IMG/VR virus record: IMGVR_UViG_3300037493_005286
Span: 23,454-87,453 of that record
Reading direction: 5' to 3' (one strand)
Source: a virus
Length of the DNA stretch: 64,000 nucleotides
Below, in pieces: positions 9,857-18,561 of the stretch; within the stretch, counting starts at the first letter, position 1; each line of letters begins with the position of its first letter. Under the pieces are notes generated by a model, which saw only the letters and a list, made by a program, of their open reading frames with translations, made no database searches and was not told the DNA's origin. A program made the translations under genes and the position numbers.

Positions 9857-9896
9857 TTGAAATCTCATCTATACCCACTATACTAGGGTATAGATG
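9857..9896 (+). promoter_or_regulatory. DNA polymerase promoter with an 11 bp inverted repeat covering the start codon
   Basis: TTGAAA-N16-TATACT; CATCTATACCC (9866-9876) pairs with GGGTATAGATG (9886-9896). Confidence 0.7.
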
Positions 9897-12461
9897 TATA
9901 GAAACGCAGTTTATAACGGCCGAGATCAGTCAATAAATCTTTTTACCTGGGATACAGAGGGTAAACGAATAATGAATAGTGTTTCGTTTAACCCTTACCT
10001 ATATGTAGAGGATGCTAGAGGTGATAAAACTACTCTATACGGTACAAAGGCTAAAAAACGTATTTTTAGTACATCCTACGAACGTAATAAGTTTGTAAGG
10101 GAGTCAGGTGTCAAGAGAATATACGAAAATATTCCCGCTTCGCAGCAATATTTACTTGATACATTTTGGACCGAAAACGAAAAGCCAGAATTTACCCAGC
10201 AACCGCTTAAAGTAACATTTATAGACATCGAAACATATAGCCCGGATACATTTCCGGATATCGATAATCCAACACATACAGTAAATGTTATAACCTGTTA
10301 TGATAGCTTTAGTAAAAAGTTTCATACATTTGGATTAAAGCCGTATACCGGATCAAATACCGATATAGCCTATCATTATTGTAAAAATGAACAAGAACTA
10401 TTTATAAAGTTTTTAGATTATATTGCAGATGATTATCCTGATGTTCTAAGTGGTTGGAACTCTGAGTTTTTCGATATACCGTATATTATTGCGCGTTGTG
10501 AACGCATTCTAGGATCAGAATACGTAGCTAAACTCTCACCTCTTAAAAACGTACATTTTAGAGTTGTTAAAGGTAAGTTTGGAAGAGATCAAAAAAGATA
10601 TTATATAGATGGTATGTCTAGTATCGACTATCTAGATATCTATAGACGATTTTGTCTCAAGCTAAGAGAGTCCTATAAGCTAGATGCTATTGCTGAAGTG
10701 GAGCTAGGTCAACGAAAGATAGATTACGGTGATATGAATCTAGTAACGTTAGCTGATACAGATTGGAACCTATTTGTAGACTATAACATTCAAGACGTTA
10801 ACCTACTTGTTATGATGGAAGAGAAATTACAATATATATCTCTTCTTCGTATGTTATCTTATGTAGGTCTTACAACGCTTGAGGGTGCAATGGGCACTAT
10901 TTCAGTTATTAACGGTGCACTAGTTAATAGAGCTAGAAAGCGAGGTGAACTTATGTCGACGTTTGTACGGCCAGAAGCAGCAGGTAAGAATCCAGGTGCC
11001 TATGTATCCGAACCTAAAGGAGGGTTTCAAACTAACATTGTTTCTTTTGACGCTAATTCCCTATACCCTAACGTTATGATTGCCTTAAACCTATCACCGG
11101 AAACAAAGATAGGTCGAATTGAGAAAGTTAGTGATGATAAAATTAACATCTACCATGTTTCAGGTAAATTATTCGAACTTACTCCAGCTAAGTTTGCTGC
11201 GTACATAAAAGCAGAACAATGCTCAGTTACTAAGGCGGGATTTTTATTCTCTCAAAAGAAGCAAGGCATTATACCAGAATTCCTAGACTATTATTACAAT
11301 GAACGTGTATTAGTTAGAAAAGAACTACACGCTGCTAAGTTGAGATTATCAAAACTTAATAAATCAGATGAAAAATATAGAAATCTGCAGTTTGAAGTTG
11401 AAAGACTTAATACTAAGCAAATGGTTATTAAGATTTTGGTTAACTCGTGTTATGGTTATATGGGTAACAAGCAAGCTCCAATTGGAGATGATGATATTGC
11501 GTCATCTGTTACTCTAACTGGTCAAGCCGTTATTAAACAGGCAGGTAAATTACTACAGGAATATCTCACTACAAATTTTAACGTTGTAGATAAGCATATT
11601 TTGGATAATAGCTGGGTATACTCAGATACAGATAGTTGTTACTTTTCATTAGCGTGTATTGAAGATAGAGTTCCAATTAAAAAAGACGGTGAGGTTAACC
11701 CTGACTTTTATTCTGAGGTTGAAAAAATTGAATCTCATCTTAATACAGAAATTACATCTTGGGCTATTAAGGCTTTAAGAACTCAGGATAGTCGATTTGT
11801 ATTTAAACGGGAATGTATTGCAGATGTTGGAGTATTTCTACAAAAAAAGCGATATGTAATGCATATCCTAGATGACGAAGGTATTAAAGTCGATAAATTT
11901 AAATATACAGGCGTGGAAGTAGTTAGAACTACAATGCCTAATGCTATTAAGCCGTACGCGAAGAAGATAATTGAGACAATGCTTATACACAAGTCGTTAA
12001 GTAAGACTAATGATATATTAAGCGAAACATACGACACTTTTAAGACATTACTACCAGAAGATATTGCGTTTGTGATGGGTGTTAAGGGCTATGATAAGTA
12101 TGCTCCTAAATGCAGAGATTTAAATATCGTTAAAGGTATGCCTATTCACGTTAAAGCTGCATACTTACATAACTACATTAACAGAAAGCTTGAAATAGAA
12201 AATAAATACGAAGACATTACATCAGGAGATAAGACACGTTATCTTTATGTACAAACACCAAACAAATACGGTATTGAAGTTATAGGATTTAAGAATAACT
12301 TTCCTGATGAGTATAGAGATATATTTAAAGTAGATTATGAGTTAATGTTTGAAAAGATTCTGTTTAATTCTATAGAACGCTTCTATCAAGGAGTTAATTG
12401 GCAGATTAGAAAGCCTTCAGAAAATGTAACGTGTGAGCTTTTTGATTTATTTGCACTTTAA
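9894..12461 (+). CDS. gp43: Family B DNA polymerase gp43
   Basis: Exo motifs DIET, GWNSEFFDIPY, YNIQD; pol motifs SFDANSLYP, KILVNSCYG, YSDTDS, KKRY. Confidence 0.97.
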   Translation: MYRNAVYNGRDQSINLFTWDTEGKRIMNSVSFNPYLYVEDARGDKTTLYGTKAKKRIFSTSYERNKFVRESGVKRIYENIPASQQYLLDTFWTENEKPEFTQQPLKVTFIDIETYSPDTFPDIDNPTHTVNVITCYDSFSKKFHTFGLKPYTGSNTDIAYHYCKNEQELFIKFLDYIADDYPDVLSGWNSEFFDIPYIIARCERILGSEYVAKLSPLKNVHFRVVKGKFGRDQKRYYIDGMSSIDYLDIYRRFCLKLRESYKLDAIAEVELGQRKIDYGDMNLVTLADTDWNLFVDYNIQDVNLLVMMEEKLQYISLLRMLSYVGLTTLEGAMGTISVINGALVNRARKRGELMSTFVRPEAAGKNPGAYVSEPKGGFQTNIVSFDANSLYPNVMIALNLSPETKIGRIEKVSDDKINIYHVSGKLFELTPAKFAAYIKAEQCSVTKAGFLFSQKKQGIIPEFLDYYYNERVLVRKELHAAKLRLSKLNKSDEKYRNLQFEVERLNTKQMVIKILVNSCYGYMGNKQAPIGDDDIASSVTLTGQAVIKQAGKLLQEYLTTNFNVVDKHILDNSWVYSDTDSCYFSLACIEDRVPIKKDGEVNPDFYSEVEKIESHLNTEITSWAIKALRTQDSRFVFKRECIADVGVFLQKKRYVMHILDDEGIKVDKFKYTGVEVVRTTMPNAIKPYAKKIIETMLIHKSLSKTNDILSETYDTFKTLLPEDIAFVMGVKGYDKYAPKCRDLNIVKGMPIHVKAAYLHNYINRKLEIENKYEDITSGDKTRYLYVQTPNKYGIEVIGFKNNFPDEYRDIFKVDYELMFEKILFNSIERFYQGVNWQIRKPSENVTCELFDLFAL

Positions 12462-12464
12462 TTA

Positions 12465-12492
12465 TTGATTTTAATTTTTAATATATTAATAT
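12465..12492 (+). promoter_or_regulatory. Sigma70-like promoter
   Basis: TTGATT-N16-TAATAT, 8 nt before ATG at 12501. Confidence 0.55.
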
Positions 12493-12500
12493 ACATATAT

Positions 12501-12839
12501 ATGATTACATTCGTAGATCAAATCGGCAGAACAGTTATCGGTGAACAAGTTTCAGAAACAGAAACCACCCTCGTTGTTAAAAACCCTGTTATTATTCACG
12601 TTCAACCTAACCCACAAAACGGTCAACTACAAGTACAGTCCTTTCCATACCTGTTTGTAGAGTTTATCGACCCAGCACATCGCGATACCAACAATTGGAC
12701 CTTCTATAAGAGCAATATTGTCATGTCAGATGTTGTATTGGAAGAGCGTATTAAGCAGCAATACCACGGTATTAATACCGTACAGCCTTCAACTCCTACA
12801 GGAGATGCAGAAGTAATTCGTCTCTTTGATGAGGATTGA
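12501..12839 (+). CDS. Hypothetical small beta-rich protein (possibly Sm-like fold)
   Basis: GRTVIGE...TLVVKNP pattern recalls small Sm-like proteins of T4-like phages; ATG at 12501. Confidence 0.55.
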   Translation: MITFVDQIGRTVIGEQVSETETTLVVKNPVIIHVQPNPQNGQLQVQSFPYLFVEFIDPAHRDTNNWTFYKSNIVMSDVVLEERIKQQYHGINTVQPSTPTGDAEVIRLFDED

Positions 12840-12856
12840 TTAAATAAATTCAGCAA

Positions 12857-12902
12857 ACCCTCGGCGCCTCTGATGCAAGCGTAATTCCGAGGGTATTTTT
12901 TT
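12857..12902 (+). terminator. Intrinsic terminator-like hairpin with unusually large loop
   Basis: ACCCTCGG / CCGAGGGT 8 bp stem, 22 nt loop, followed by A and T7. Confidence 0.7.
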
Positions 12903-12905
12903 GTC

Positions 12906-12933
12906 TTGATTTTTAGAGCTAAGTATCCATAAT
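12906..12933 (+). promoter_or_regulatory. Sigma70-like promoter of uvsX
   Basis: TTGATT-N16-CATAAT, 6 nt before ATG at 12940. Confidence 0.6.
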
Positions 12934-12939
12934 ATCTAT

Positions 12940-14037
12940 ATGGATAAAGATGTTAAAAGTGCACTAGACAGTATTGATGAAGTAAATCCTTTCGCGACCT
13001 ATCTTTCAGATAGTACCTTAAGCAGAGTAGATAGCTGGATTGATACCGGCAGCTACGTTCTAAATGCAATTATTTCAGGATCCGTTTTTGGTGGTATACC
13101 AAAAGGTAGAGTAGTCATGCTAGCAGGCGAATCAATGACAGGTAAGTCGTTGTTCGTTCAAAAAATTCTCGCTAATGCTCAAAAAGAAGGACTTATTCCT
13201 GTTATTTTTGATACAGAAAACGCTATTGATGCAGAAGGAGCTACTCGCATTGGTTTAGATGTATCTAAGGTCAAATACGTACCATGTGTTAGCATCGAAC
13301 AGACACGTAATGCTCTTTATAAGTTTTTAACAGCCGTGCAAGAGAAGAAGTTGCAAGGTAAGTTTATCGTAGCCATTGATTCCCTTGGTAATCTTCAATC
13401 TGAGCTCGAACATTCACGTATGGGTAAAGAGAGTACAAGTTCTGATATGGGATCTAAGGCTCGTGCAATGAAAACACTATTACAAACGTGTACTAACCTA
13501 GGATCGATAACACAAACAACAATTTTACTTACTAACCACGTTTACGATGACCCAACAGCAATGTTTCCATCAATTGAAAAAAATATGCCCGGTGGTAAAG
13601 CGTGCGTCTATCTTCCATCGGTCACAGTACAATTAGCTCGTAAACCTGTTAAGGATGATGGTGGTAAGACTACTGATGCATCTCTTGCAGTTGGTCAGAA
13701 AAACTATTCTGGTATTATTATTAGAGCTCTAACACGTAAAAATCGCTTTATTAAGCAGTATCTTGAAGGTGAAATGTTCTTATCATTCTCAACAGGCTTA
13801 GATCGATACTACGGATTACTTGATCTTGCAGTGGGTCACGGTATTGTTGTTCAAGGCGGAGCTACTTATACACTTGAAGATGGAACTAAGCTAGGATATT
13901 ATCGTAATTTTAGAAAAGACATTAATTTATGGGAAAAGACTATTATACCTCTCTTAGAAGTAAAAATTAAGAAAAACTGGTCTTACTCTAATGACGAAGT
14001 AACAGTACCTGATGAAGTATTAGAGGATATTAATTAA
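12940..14037 (+). CDS. uvsX: RecA-like recombinase UvsX
   Basis: IDTGSYVLNAIISG, AGESMTGKS, FDTENA, IDSLGNL, DMGSKA, TNHVY, GG. Confidence 0.95.
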   Translation: MDKDVKSALDSIDEVNPFATYLSDSTLSRVDSWIDTGSYVLNAIISGSVFGGIPKGRVVMLAGESMTGKSLFVQKILANAQKEGLIPVIFDTENAIDAEGATRIGLDVSKVKYVPCVSIEQTRNALYKFLTAVQEKKLQGKFIVAIDSLGNLQSELEHSRMGKESTSSDMGSKARAMKTLLQTCTNLGSITQTTILLTNHVYDDPTAMFPSIEKNMPGGKACVYLPSVTVQLARKPVKDDGGKTTDASLAVGQKNYSGIIIRALTRKNRFIKQYLEGEMFLSFSTGLDRYYGLLDLAVGHGIVVQGGATYTLEDGTKLGYYRNFRKDINLWEKTIIPLLEVKIKKNWSYSNDEVTVPDEVLEDIN

Positions 14038-14646
14038 TTTCTTTATATCTCTAAACTTAACAGTGTTATAAGTTAAAAGAGCACGATCTCTAAAGATATC
14101 ATAGGTAATGTTCATCATATCTATGATATCTTTTAATTTATAATTAGATAATACATATTGCTCAAACACTATTTGATCAAACACTGCTTTTCGTTTACCA
14201 GCAGATATTTTAGCGCACCAATCTGCTGTTCGCTCAATCATTTTAAATTTAATACTATTTTTTTCTCTACGCTCCGGAGTCCAACTAGCTTTCATATTAA
14301 TAATAGATTGCTCAGATAACTTCCAGGTTTTACCTTTTTGCGATGGTGGTTGTACTCCTCCATCATTAATATTAAACAAAATACCCCCATCCATTTTTTT
14401 ACCATACTGCTCAATAAGTAATTTTTCCTGTTCAAAAGCTTCAGCTTCAAGCAAATTATCATCCATAATAATAACAAAATCTTTACTTTTATAACCTTTA
14501 TCACGTATTGTATTGATTTTTATAGTTAGCCATTTATTATGGTTATGACCGGTAAATGACCAGGCTCTAGAAGCTGTACCTTTACCGATATAAAACGGTT
14601 TACGAGTTTCAGGATCAATATACATATAAACATAATACTTATTCAT
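14020..14646 (-). mobile_element. Free-standing GIY-YIG homing endonuclease-like gene inserted antisense between uvsX and queC
   Basis: YYVYMYIDP...PFYIGKGTASR, E (AFEQE), LFNINDGG, then NUMOD3-like KLSEQSI...KISAG and HTH-like tail; own late promoter. Confidence 0.8.
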
Positions 14647-14651
14647 ACTAG

Positions 14652-14695
14652 TATTTATAGTAACCGACTTTATTATTTATAATAACCAACTTTAT
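14652..14695. repeat. Tandem 22 bp direct repeat, each copy carrying TATAAATA on the - strand
   Basis: TATTTATAGTAACCGACTTTAT (14652-14673) / TATTTATAATAACCAACTTTAT (14674-14695), 2 mismatches. Confidence 0.85.
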
Positions 14696-14701
14696 AAGAT
14701 C

Positions 14702-15451
14702 ATGAGGAAACAAAAATTAGTTTTAGCGTTTAGTGGTGGTGCGGATAGCACATTACTATTATACATGGCAGCTCAACAAGGATATGAAGAGATTCATACT
14801 GTGTCTTTTGACTATGGCCAGAGACATCATAGAGAACTAAAGTGTGTTAATAAGCAGCTGCTAAACATTAATAAAAAATATCCTGATATAACAGTAACTA
14901 ATAAAGTATTAGATGTAAGATATCTCAAAGATATATCACCTACCTCTTCTCTCACGAACGACGATATTGATAATCCGGATATTAGTAAAATTGCTGGTGA
15001 CGCTCAACCTGTATCGTACGTACCGTTTCGAAACCAAATGTTTATTACAATTTGCTGTGCATACGCTGAGAGTTTAAAAGCTGATACAGTATGGTATGGT
15101 GCAGCTCAAGTAGATTCATTAGCCGGTTACTGGGATGGGAGCTATGAGTTTGTTGATAGTGTTAACAGCTTAGTATCACTTAACAGACAACATAGGATTA
15201 CCGTAGGAGCTCCATTGCTCTCCATGTCAAAGGCTGATATTGTAAGACAGGGTGTAGAATTAGGCGTAAACTTCGGAGATACATGGACATGTTATTCTAA
15301 CCGCGAAGATGGACTAGCTGATGCAACTACACCTTCAAGTAGTTTGAGGTTGCAAGGGTTTATTGATGCTGGATACAAAGATCCCATCAAGTACCTTCAA
15401 CAGGAAAAACTTGATGGGATTTATGAAGTTAAAAATTGTAAAGAATTATAA
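14702..15451 (+). CDS. queC: QueC-family PP-loop ATPase (7-cyano-7-deazaguanine synthase-like) with degenerate Zn site
   Basis: FSGGADST, FDYGQRHHREL, SSLT, YVPFRN, APLLSMSKADIV, TWTCY. Confidence 0.88.
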   Translation: MRKQKLVLAFSGGADSTLLLYMAAQQGYEEIHTVSFDYGQRHHRELKCVNKQLLNINKKYPDITVTNKVLDVRYLKDISPTSSLTNDDIDNPDISKIAGDAQPVSYVPFRNQMFITICCAYAESLKADTVWYGAAQVDSLAGYWDGSYEFVDSVNSLVSLNRQHRITVGAPLLSMSKADIVRQGVELGVNFGDTWTCYSNREDGLADATTPSSSLRLQGFIDAGYKDPIKYLQQEKLDGIYEVKNCKEL

Positions 15452-16828
15452 GCCGTAGCGTCTAAGCTCCTCTAACTGAAAACTAGTTTTTGGAGCAAAT
15501 TTTTGTTTAAAGCTTACCGATTCTGTAATTGGCTTCGGAGTAGAATACACTACTTGCTCCGACATATAAGTTGCAGTATAACTTTCACCTACAACCTTAG
15601 AGTCATCGAATCCTCTTTTCTTGGCGATTGCCTTTTCCCACGGCTCAACCTTACCACTTTTATTAAGGTCAGCTTTTTTAGGATTAAACTCTTCGTCCTC
15701 ACCGCCTATATCTTGACCAATGTATAGTTCATCTACTTGAGCTGATTCTTCTGGTGTAAGATCTCTACCCATTATATGCTGCATATACGCTATTGCTTGC
15801 TTTTCATCTGCAAACTCACCTTCTGAAGCCTTATTATTCATAAATTCAAAAGCACCGTCGAAATCATCTGTAAAGTCAGGCTCTGCTTCATATTCCGCTT
15901 CCCATGGATTAACAGGTCCTGGACGCATTCCCTTTTCACGAGCTATACGTGCAGCATGTAGTTCCTGACCATAATCATCATCATAACCATCTTCTGCTTC
16001 TTCTTCTTTAGAACCCATAACTTCATCATATTCCTTCTCACCGACTCCGGCTCTACCACTAGGATCGTAGTATGACTCAGGATCTGTTTCTTCATCTTCT
16101 ACCATTTCTTCATCTTCTTTTCCTTGAACAATAGGCTTTACTGCTGCAGAAAGGTACGCTGCAATTTTCTCATAACCAGGTAAGCTTCCTATTTGATTGA
16201 CAAACGATTTAAGCTTTTCTACGCTGTTAATTTTAGGTGCAAAATCCATTACCTCTGCTAAAGCTGTATCATCAATATCAAATCCTGGTTCACCTAAATT
16301 AGTTTGAATTTCTGAGAGTATTTTAGCAACAGAAGCACGCACAATAAGAGAATCATCTGCAATAAGATCAGTAAGAGCGTCGTCCATTTCCTTACCAGTA
16401 CGTGTTTGTCTTACTTGCTTGGCCATTTCTTGCGCTACAGCACGAGCAGCATATTTTTCTTCTCTACCTCTATTTACACCGACACCGCCTATAAAATCAT
16501 CAAGGGTATCAGATATTCTTGCTGCAATTTCATCACTCTTAGCGTTAATTAATTCTTGCTTTTGTTTTAACACATTAAGCATAGCTTGCTTTTTACCTGT
16601 AAATCCAGCTCCGTTTTTAATTGCATTAAGTTCGCCATCGTCTATAATGTCTAAGAAGTAAAGAACTTCACGAATAAATTTAATTGTATCTAACGGAGCA
16701 GAACTTAAACCGCCTGCTTTCATTTTGGAAGTAATACCTCCAAAAGAAGGATGCGAAGCTGTATAAGGCGAAACCTTTGCTTCTGTTAATATTGATACTC
16801 GTGTTAAAAGATCTTGAAAGGAACTCAT
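15446..16828 (-). CDS. Acidic late protein with EF-hand-like loop; possible head internal/core protein
   Basis: 460 aa, D/E-rich C-terminal half, DLNKSGKVEPWE loop, TATAAATA at 16835-16842. Confidence 0.6.
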   Translation of the reverse strand: MSSFQDLLTRVSILTEAKVSPYTASHPSFGGITSKMKAGGLSSAPLDTIKFIREVLYFLDIIDDGELNAIKNGAGFTGKKQAMLNVLKQKQELINAKSDEIAARISDTLDDFIGGVGVNRGREEKYAARAVAQEMAKQVRQTRTGKEMDDALTDLIADDSLIVRASVAKILSEIQTNLGEPGFDIDDTALAEVMDFAPKINSVEKLKSFVNQIGSLPGYEKIAAYLSAAVKPIVQGKEDEEMVEDEETDPESYYDPSGRAGVGEKEYDEVMGSKEEEAEDGYDDDYGQELHAARIAREKGMRPGPVNPWEAEYEAEPDFTDDFDGAFEFMNNKASEGEFADEKQAIAYMQHIMGRDLTPEESAQVDELYIGQDIGGEDEEFNPKKADLNKSGKVEPWEKAIAKKRGFDDSKVVGESYTATYMSEQVVYSTPKPITESVSFKQKFAPKTSFQLEELRRYGL

Positions 16829-16846
16829 ATATTATATTTATACCAT

Positions 16847-17164
16847 ATGCAATTAAATTGGACGGATTTTAACGAAATGTCACATAAAAAAATGTGTGAG
16901 CTACCCGGAATAGGTAAAAAGGTAGTGGAGCGTATTATTAGTATGCGTCCTTTTAGATCAAACGATGATCTTTTTAAGATTAAGGGTCTAGGCAAACATA
17001 CACTAAACAACCTCGGCATTGAAAAAACTAAGAAAGAACGTAAATCATGGCATCTTATGCCAGATGGTATTGAATATCCATCATACGCTCTAGCTAAAAA
17101 TAATTTAACAGGTCAAATTGATTTTTTCTGGAGAATGCCAAAGGAGAGACGAGAATACCTATAA
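16847..17164 (+). CDS. Helix-hairpin-helix (ComEA-like) DNA-binding protein
   Basis: ELPGIGKKVVERII..RPFRSNDDLFKIKGLG tandem HhH; ATG at 16847. Confidence 0.85.
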   Translation: MQLNWTDFNEMSHKKMCELPGIGKKVVERIISMRPFRSNDDLFKIKGLGKHTLNNLGIEKTKKERKSWHLMPDGIEYPSYALAKNNLTGQIDFFWRMPKERREYL

Positions 17165-17168
17165 CGTT

Positions 17169-17834
17169 ATGTGTGCTATTATAGGATCTAACAATGTATC
17201 TAAATTTGAGGTACTATACGAAGGTAATTTACCTAGAGGTAACTTCTCTAGTGGCGTCGTCTGCTTGTATAACGGTAATGAGCAACAAACAATTAAAAAG
17301 CAAGGTACCTTAGATTTTAATCAAATAGAACTAGATGATAGATGCAACTACTACATCGGTCACGTACAAGCTCCTACATCAGCAGCTCGTGAGTGGTCGT
17401 ATGATACATCACACCCCTTTGAATCATTATCATGGTCGGTAGTTCATAATGGAGTATTGACTAACTGGAAGGAATTAGTAAGAGAATTCGTTGATTGGGA
17501 TGTAAATCCTGTTGATACAGCTGTAATTCCTAATTTATTACAGCAATTTACAGAAGAATGCATTAATGAGTGTTTAGCTACATCAACCATAAAGAGTGTC
17601 TTAGGTAAGCTAGAAGGAACATTTGCATTATGTGTTATAGATACTGACTGTAATGAAGTTTATATTGCTAGGCAAGGATCTATTTTACACTACAATGACA
17701 ACGGTGATATTTCGACTCTTGAAGGTGAAGGCTTTAAATTGCTACCTGAAGGTGTAATTATGGTATTAAAAGACTTTAAAACATGGGAGATTGCTGATTT
17801 CTTTGAAATTAAATCACCATTCTTATTTTTATAA
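17169..17834 (+). CDS. Class II (Ntn) glutamine amidotransferase, stand-alone
   Basis: N-terminal MCAIIG (Cys nucleophile), PRG, IGHVQAPT, SHPF, VHNGVLTN, VDTAVI, LEGTFA, IAR. Confidence 0.9.
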   Translation: MCAIIGSNNVSKFEVLYEGNLPRGNFSSGVVCLYNGNEQQTIKKQGTLDFNQIELDDRCNYYIGHVQAPTSAAREWSYDTSHPFESLSWSVVHNGVLTNWKELVREFVDWDVNPVDTAVIPNLLQQFTEECINECLATSTIKSVLGKLEGTFALCVIDTDCNEVYIARQGSILHYNDNGDISTLEGEGFKLLPEGVIMVLKDFKTWEIADFFEIKSPFLFL

Positions 17835-17838
17835 AATT

Positions 17839-18510
17839 ATGTCAATAAACAAAACACTATATTTCTCTGCAACAAAGGGAAGCCGTAAAGATACTTTGTT
17901 ATTTAAAAATAGTTCTACTTATAATAAGTTTATTTTTAAAGAAAACAATACTTTACCTTTGCCGCAAATTTATAATAAAGCCATCGATTTGGCTATTGAA
18001 GGTAAAAAGGACTATCTTGTACTATGTCATGACGATGTAATTATTGAATCTGACGTAGCGTATAAATTACCTGATATTCTTCGTACAGAATTTGATATGG
18101 TAGGCGTCGCAGGCACCACAGAGTGTAAATTACAAGAACCAGCGCTATGGCATATCATGGGAGGTGGATTTGAGAACGGTAAACTACATGGCGCTGTCGG
18201 ACATGGTAACGATCAACGTAAAAGTATGACATCATTCGGAACATACCCTCAACGCGTTATACTTATCGACGGTGTGTTTATGGCAATTCACCGCAGAGTA
18301 TTTGAAAAAATTAGATTTGATGAAACTAACCCGGCAGGCTTTCATTTTTACGATTTAGATTATTCTATGCAGTGTTATAAAGCTGGCTTTAAAATCGGTG
18401 TATCAGACATTATGATTACTCACGCATCTCCTGGACTCAGAGAATTTACCGAAGAGTTTAATAAGGGACAAAAGTGGTTTTTAGATAAGTGGCAAAATAA
18501 ACCTGCTTAA
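17839..18510 (+). CDS. GT-A fold glycosyltransferase (GT2-like, StrF-domain type)
   Basis: YNKAI, LVLCHDDV, VGVAG, IDGVFMAI, FDE..GFHFYDLD, ITHASPG. Confidence 0.85.
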   Translation: MSINKTLYFSATKGSRKDTLLFKNSSTYNKFIFKENNTLPLPQIYNKAIDLAIEGKKDYLVLCHDDVIIESDVAYKLPDILRTEFDMVGVAGTTECKLQEPALWHIMGGGFENGKLHGAVGHGNDQRKSMTSFGTYPQRVILIDGVFMAIHRRVFEKIRFDETNPAGFHFYDLDYSMQCYKAGFKIGVSDIMITHASPGLREFTEEFNKGQKWFLDKWQNKPA

Positions 18511-18527
18511 ACAAATTTTATCGATAG

Positions 18528-18555
18528 TAGAAAAATTACCAAGTAACGTTATATT
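18528..18555 (+). promoter_or_regulatory. Sigma70-like promoter of gp41
   Basis: TAGAAA-N16-TATATT, 6 nt before GTG at 18562. Confidence 0.5.
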
Positions 18556-18561
18556 ATACAA

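Noticed and set aside
12861-12890. Hammerhead or HDV-like ribozyme in the large terminator loop
   Set aside because: CTGATGC departs from the CUGAUGA core, there is no GAAA partner, and no nested pseudoknot could be built by eye.
14020-14646. Group I intron in uvsX or queC
   Set aside because: Both flanking genes appear complete, the endonuclease is antisense, and there is no room for intron core structure.
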